Shown here: positions 47,130-48,359 of the stretch, piece after piece
Position numbering within the stretch: position 1 is the first letter of the stretch
Layout: the number at the start of each line of letters is the position of its first letter
DNA from: a virus
Taxonomy: Duplodnaviria; Caudoviricetes
Virus record (IMG/VR): IMGVR_UViG_3300020045_002918
Coordinates: 1 to 48,359 of that record
Length of the DNA: 48,359 bases
Reading direction: 5' to 3' (one strand)
The notes under the pieces: model-generated
Database searches by the model: none
What the model saw: the letters and a program-made list of their open reading frames with translations, nothing else
What the model was told of the DNA's origin: nothing
Position numbers and translations under genes: made by a program

Positions 47130-48229
47130 GAGAATTTTTTGAAAAAAGAACATTGACGGGAATCATAAATATAAAAATGGATGATGTCAAAGGAACTTGG
47201 AGAGGGGATAAAGCTGAAATTGCAAAAGCAATAAAGGACATTGCAAAAGAGTATCAAAATGATAATTATATTCTAACATTAAGACAATTATATTATCAAT
47301 TAGTTTCAAGGGATATTGTGCCAAATCATGACAAAGTTTACAAGAAAATTTCTTCAATAAAAGATGATGTTGTTTACAGCGGTTTAGTTGATTGGGATGT
47401 TTTTGAAGATCGTGGGCGTGTACCAAGTATTGCTTATTATGAAAATAGTATTGCGGACGCTTTGAGAAGGACTAAAGAATGGTATAGACTTGATAGACAA
47501 TTAGACCAGTCAAATCATGTAGAAGTTTGGACGGAAAAAGATGCAATTTCAAGTATTTTAAAAAGAATTACAGATAAATATACGGTTCGTTTAGTTGTAA
47601 ATAAAGGCTATACTTCAAGTACTGCAATTTATGGGGCTTACACAAGATTTGTTGAAGAGATATTGGAAGGAAGAACAATAACTATTTTGTATTTTGGAGA
47701 TCATGACCCATCAGGAATGGACATGATTAGAGATATAAGAGAACGATTAATAATGATGTTTGTTCAGGGGGAAAGATTGCGGGACGCTGTACAATATTGG
47801 TGGGACAATGAGGAAAAGACTTATTCTGACATTGCTGAACAAATTGAAAAATATGAAAATTTACCAGAATTATTTCAATCAGAAGAGGAAAATGACAAGG
47901 TTATGCAAATGTTTGAACGTGGACAAGTTGAATTATTTTTAAAAGAAAAAGAATGTTTTAAAGTGATTCCAGTTGGATTAACTATGGAGCAAATAAAATT
48001 ATATAACCCGCCTCATAATCCTGCAAAAATGACTGATCCAAGAGCGAAAGGATATATTGAACAATTTGGGGCGGTAAGTTGGGAGGTTGACGCATTGAAA
48101 CCTGATGTAATGGCGAAAATAGTTGAAAAGGCTATAATTGAAAATATTGACATTGAAATTTATAAGGAAGTATTGGAAAGAGAATCGCAAGAAAAAGGAA
48201 CAATAAATGAGATTATAAATAAATTATAA
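47126..48229 (+). CDS. Topoisomerase VI-A/JetD-like winged-helix plus TOPRIM protein
   Basis: TLRQLYYQLV, EVWTEKDA, NKGYTS, YFGDHDPSG, WEVDAL. Confidence 0.75.
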   Translation: MREFFEKRTLTGIINIKMDDVKGTWRGDKAEIAKAIKDIAKEYQNDNYILTLRQLYYQLVSRDIVPNHDKVYKKISSIKDDVVYSGLVDWDVFEDRGRVPSIAYYENSIADALRRTKEWYRLDRQLDQSNHVEVWTEKDAISSILKRITDKYTVRLVVNKGYTSSTAIYGAYTRFVEEILEGRTITILYFGDHDPSGMDMIRDIRERLIMMFVQGERLRDAVQYWWDNEEKTYSDIAEQIEKYENLPELFQSEEENDKVMQMFERGQVELFLKEKECFKVIPVGLTMEQIKLYNPPHNPAKMTDPRAKGYIEQFGAVSWEVDALKPDVMAKIVEKAIIENIDIEIYKEVLERESQEKGTINEIINKL

Positions 48230-48359
48230 TGAAAACATTAAACACAATAATATCAATTGATGTTGGATTAGGTGGCGGAATAGCTGTTTTTTCAAATGGA
48301 AGAGCCAAAGCCGTTGCCATGCCTAAAAATGTTTATGAAATGAGCCAGTATTTCGCTTA
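48229..48359 (+). CDS. RuvC-like resolvase, 5' part
   Basis: TAATG overlap; MKTLNTIISIDVGLGGG continues into 1-563. Confidence 0.8.
   Translation, partial: MKTLNTIISIDVGLGGGIAVFSNGRAKAVAMPKNVYEMSQYFA
48239..48359. repeat. Terminal direct repeat, right copy
   Basis: Identical to 1-121. Confidence 0.95.

Noticed and set aside
54-48190. Numerous minus-strand ORFs in the track other than 36929-37720
   Set aside because: Antisense shadows of well-supported + strand genes, F/S/L-rich and without motifs
1-48359. tRNA genes or stop-codon reassignment
   Set aside because: No cloverleaf noticed in intergenic gaps; the standard code gives dense, uninterrupted genes

Overview
A complete, circularly assembled tailed-phage genome of about 48.2 kb (1-121 = 48239-48359). 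It is AT-rich and almost entirely on the + strand. Bacteroidota-type TAnnTTTG promoters and A-rich, SD-less start regions point to a Flavobacteriia/Bacteroidota host (inference). Modules: early recombination/replication genes (tandem-HTH regulator, RecT, YqaJ-like exonuclease, TOPRIM protein, RuvC across the assembly junction), DNA-modification and accessory genes, TerS/TerL, portal, scaffold, capsid, neck, tail chaperone with -1 frameshift, tape measure, tail and fibre proteins, and holins/GH108 endolysin/spanin. The standout is 1223-6041, an integron-like array of seven single-gene cassettes next to a tyrosine recombinase that lacks the IntI-specific insertion. Each gene is preceded by a TAAC...GTTA hairpin (attC-like, 85-129 bp) and bounded by its own 9-15 bp inverted ends. 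The array ends at a lone half-site beside the recombinase. Unlike canonical integrons, the site lies 5' of its gene, supplies the start codon for four of the seven genes, and the genes point toward the recombinase. Cargo includes a Mom-like DNA modifier and a C5-methyltransferase-like gene. Also seen: a 47-bp promoter/operator repeated four times, candidate antisense sRNAs, and a candidate CCC-TAA +1 frameshift. All product calls come from motif reading only; no searches were run.
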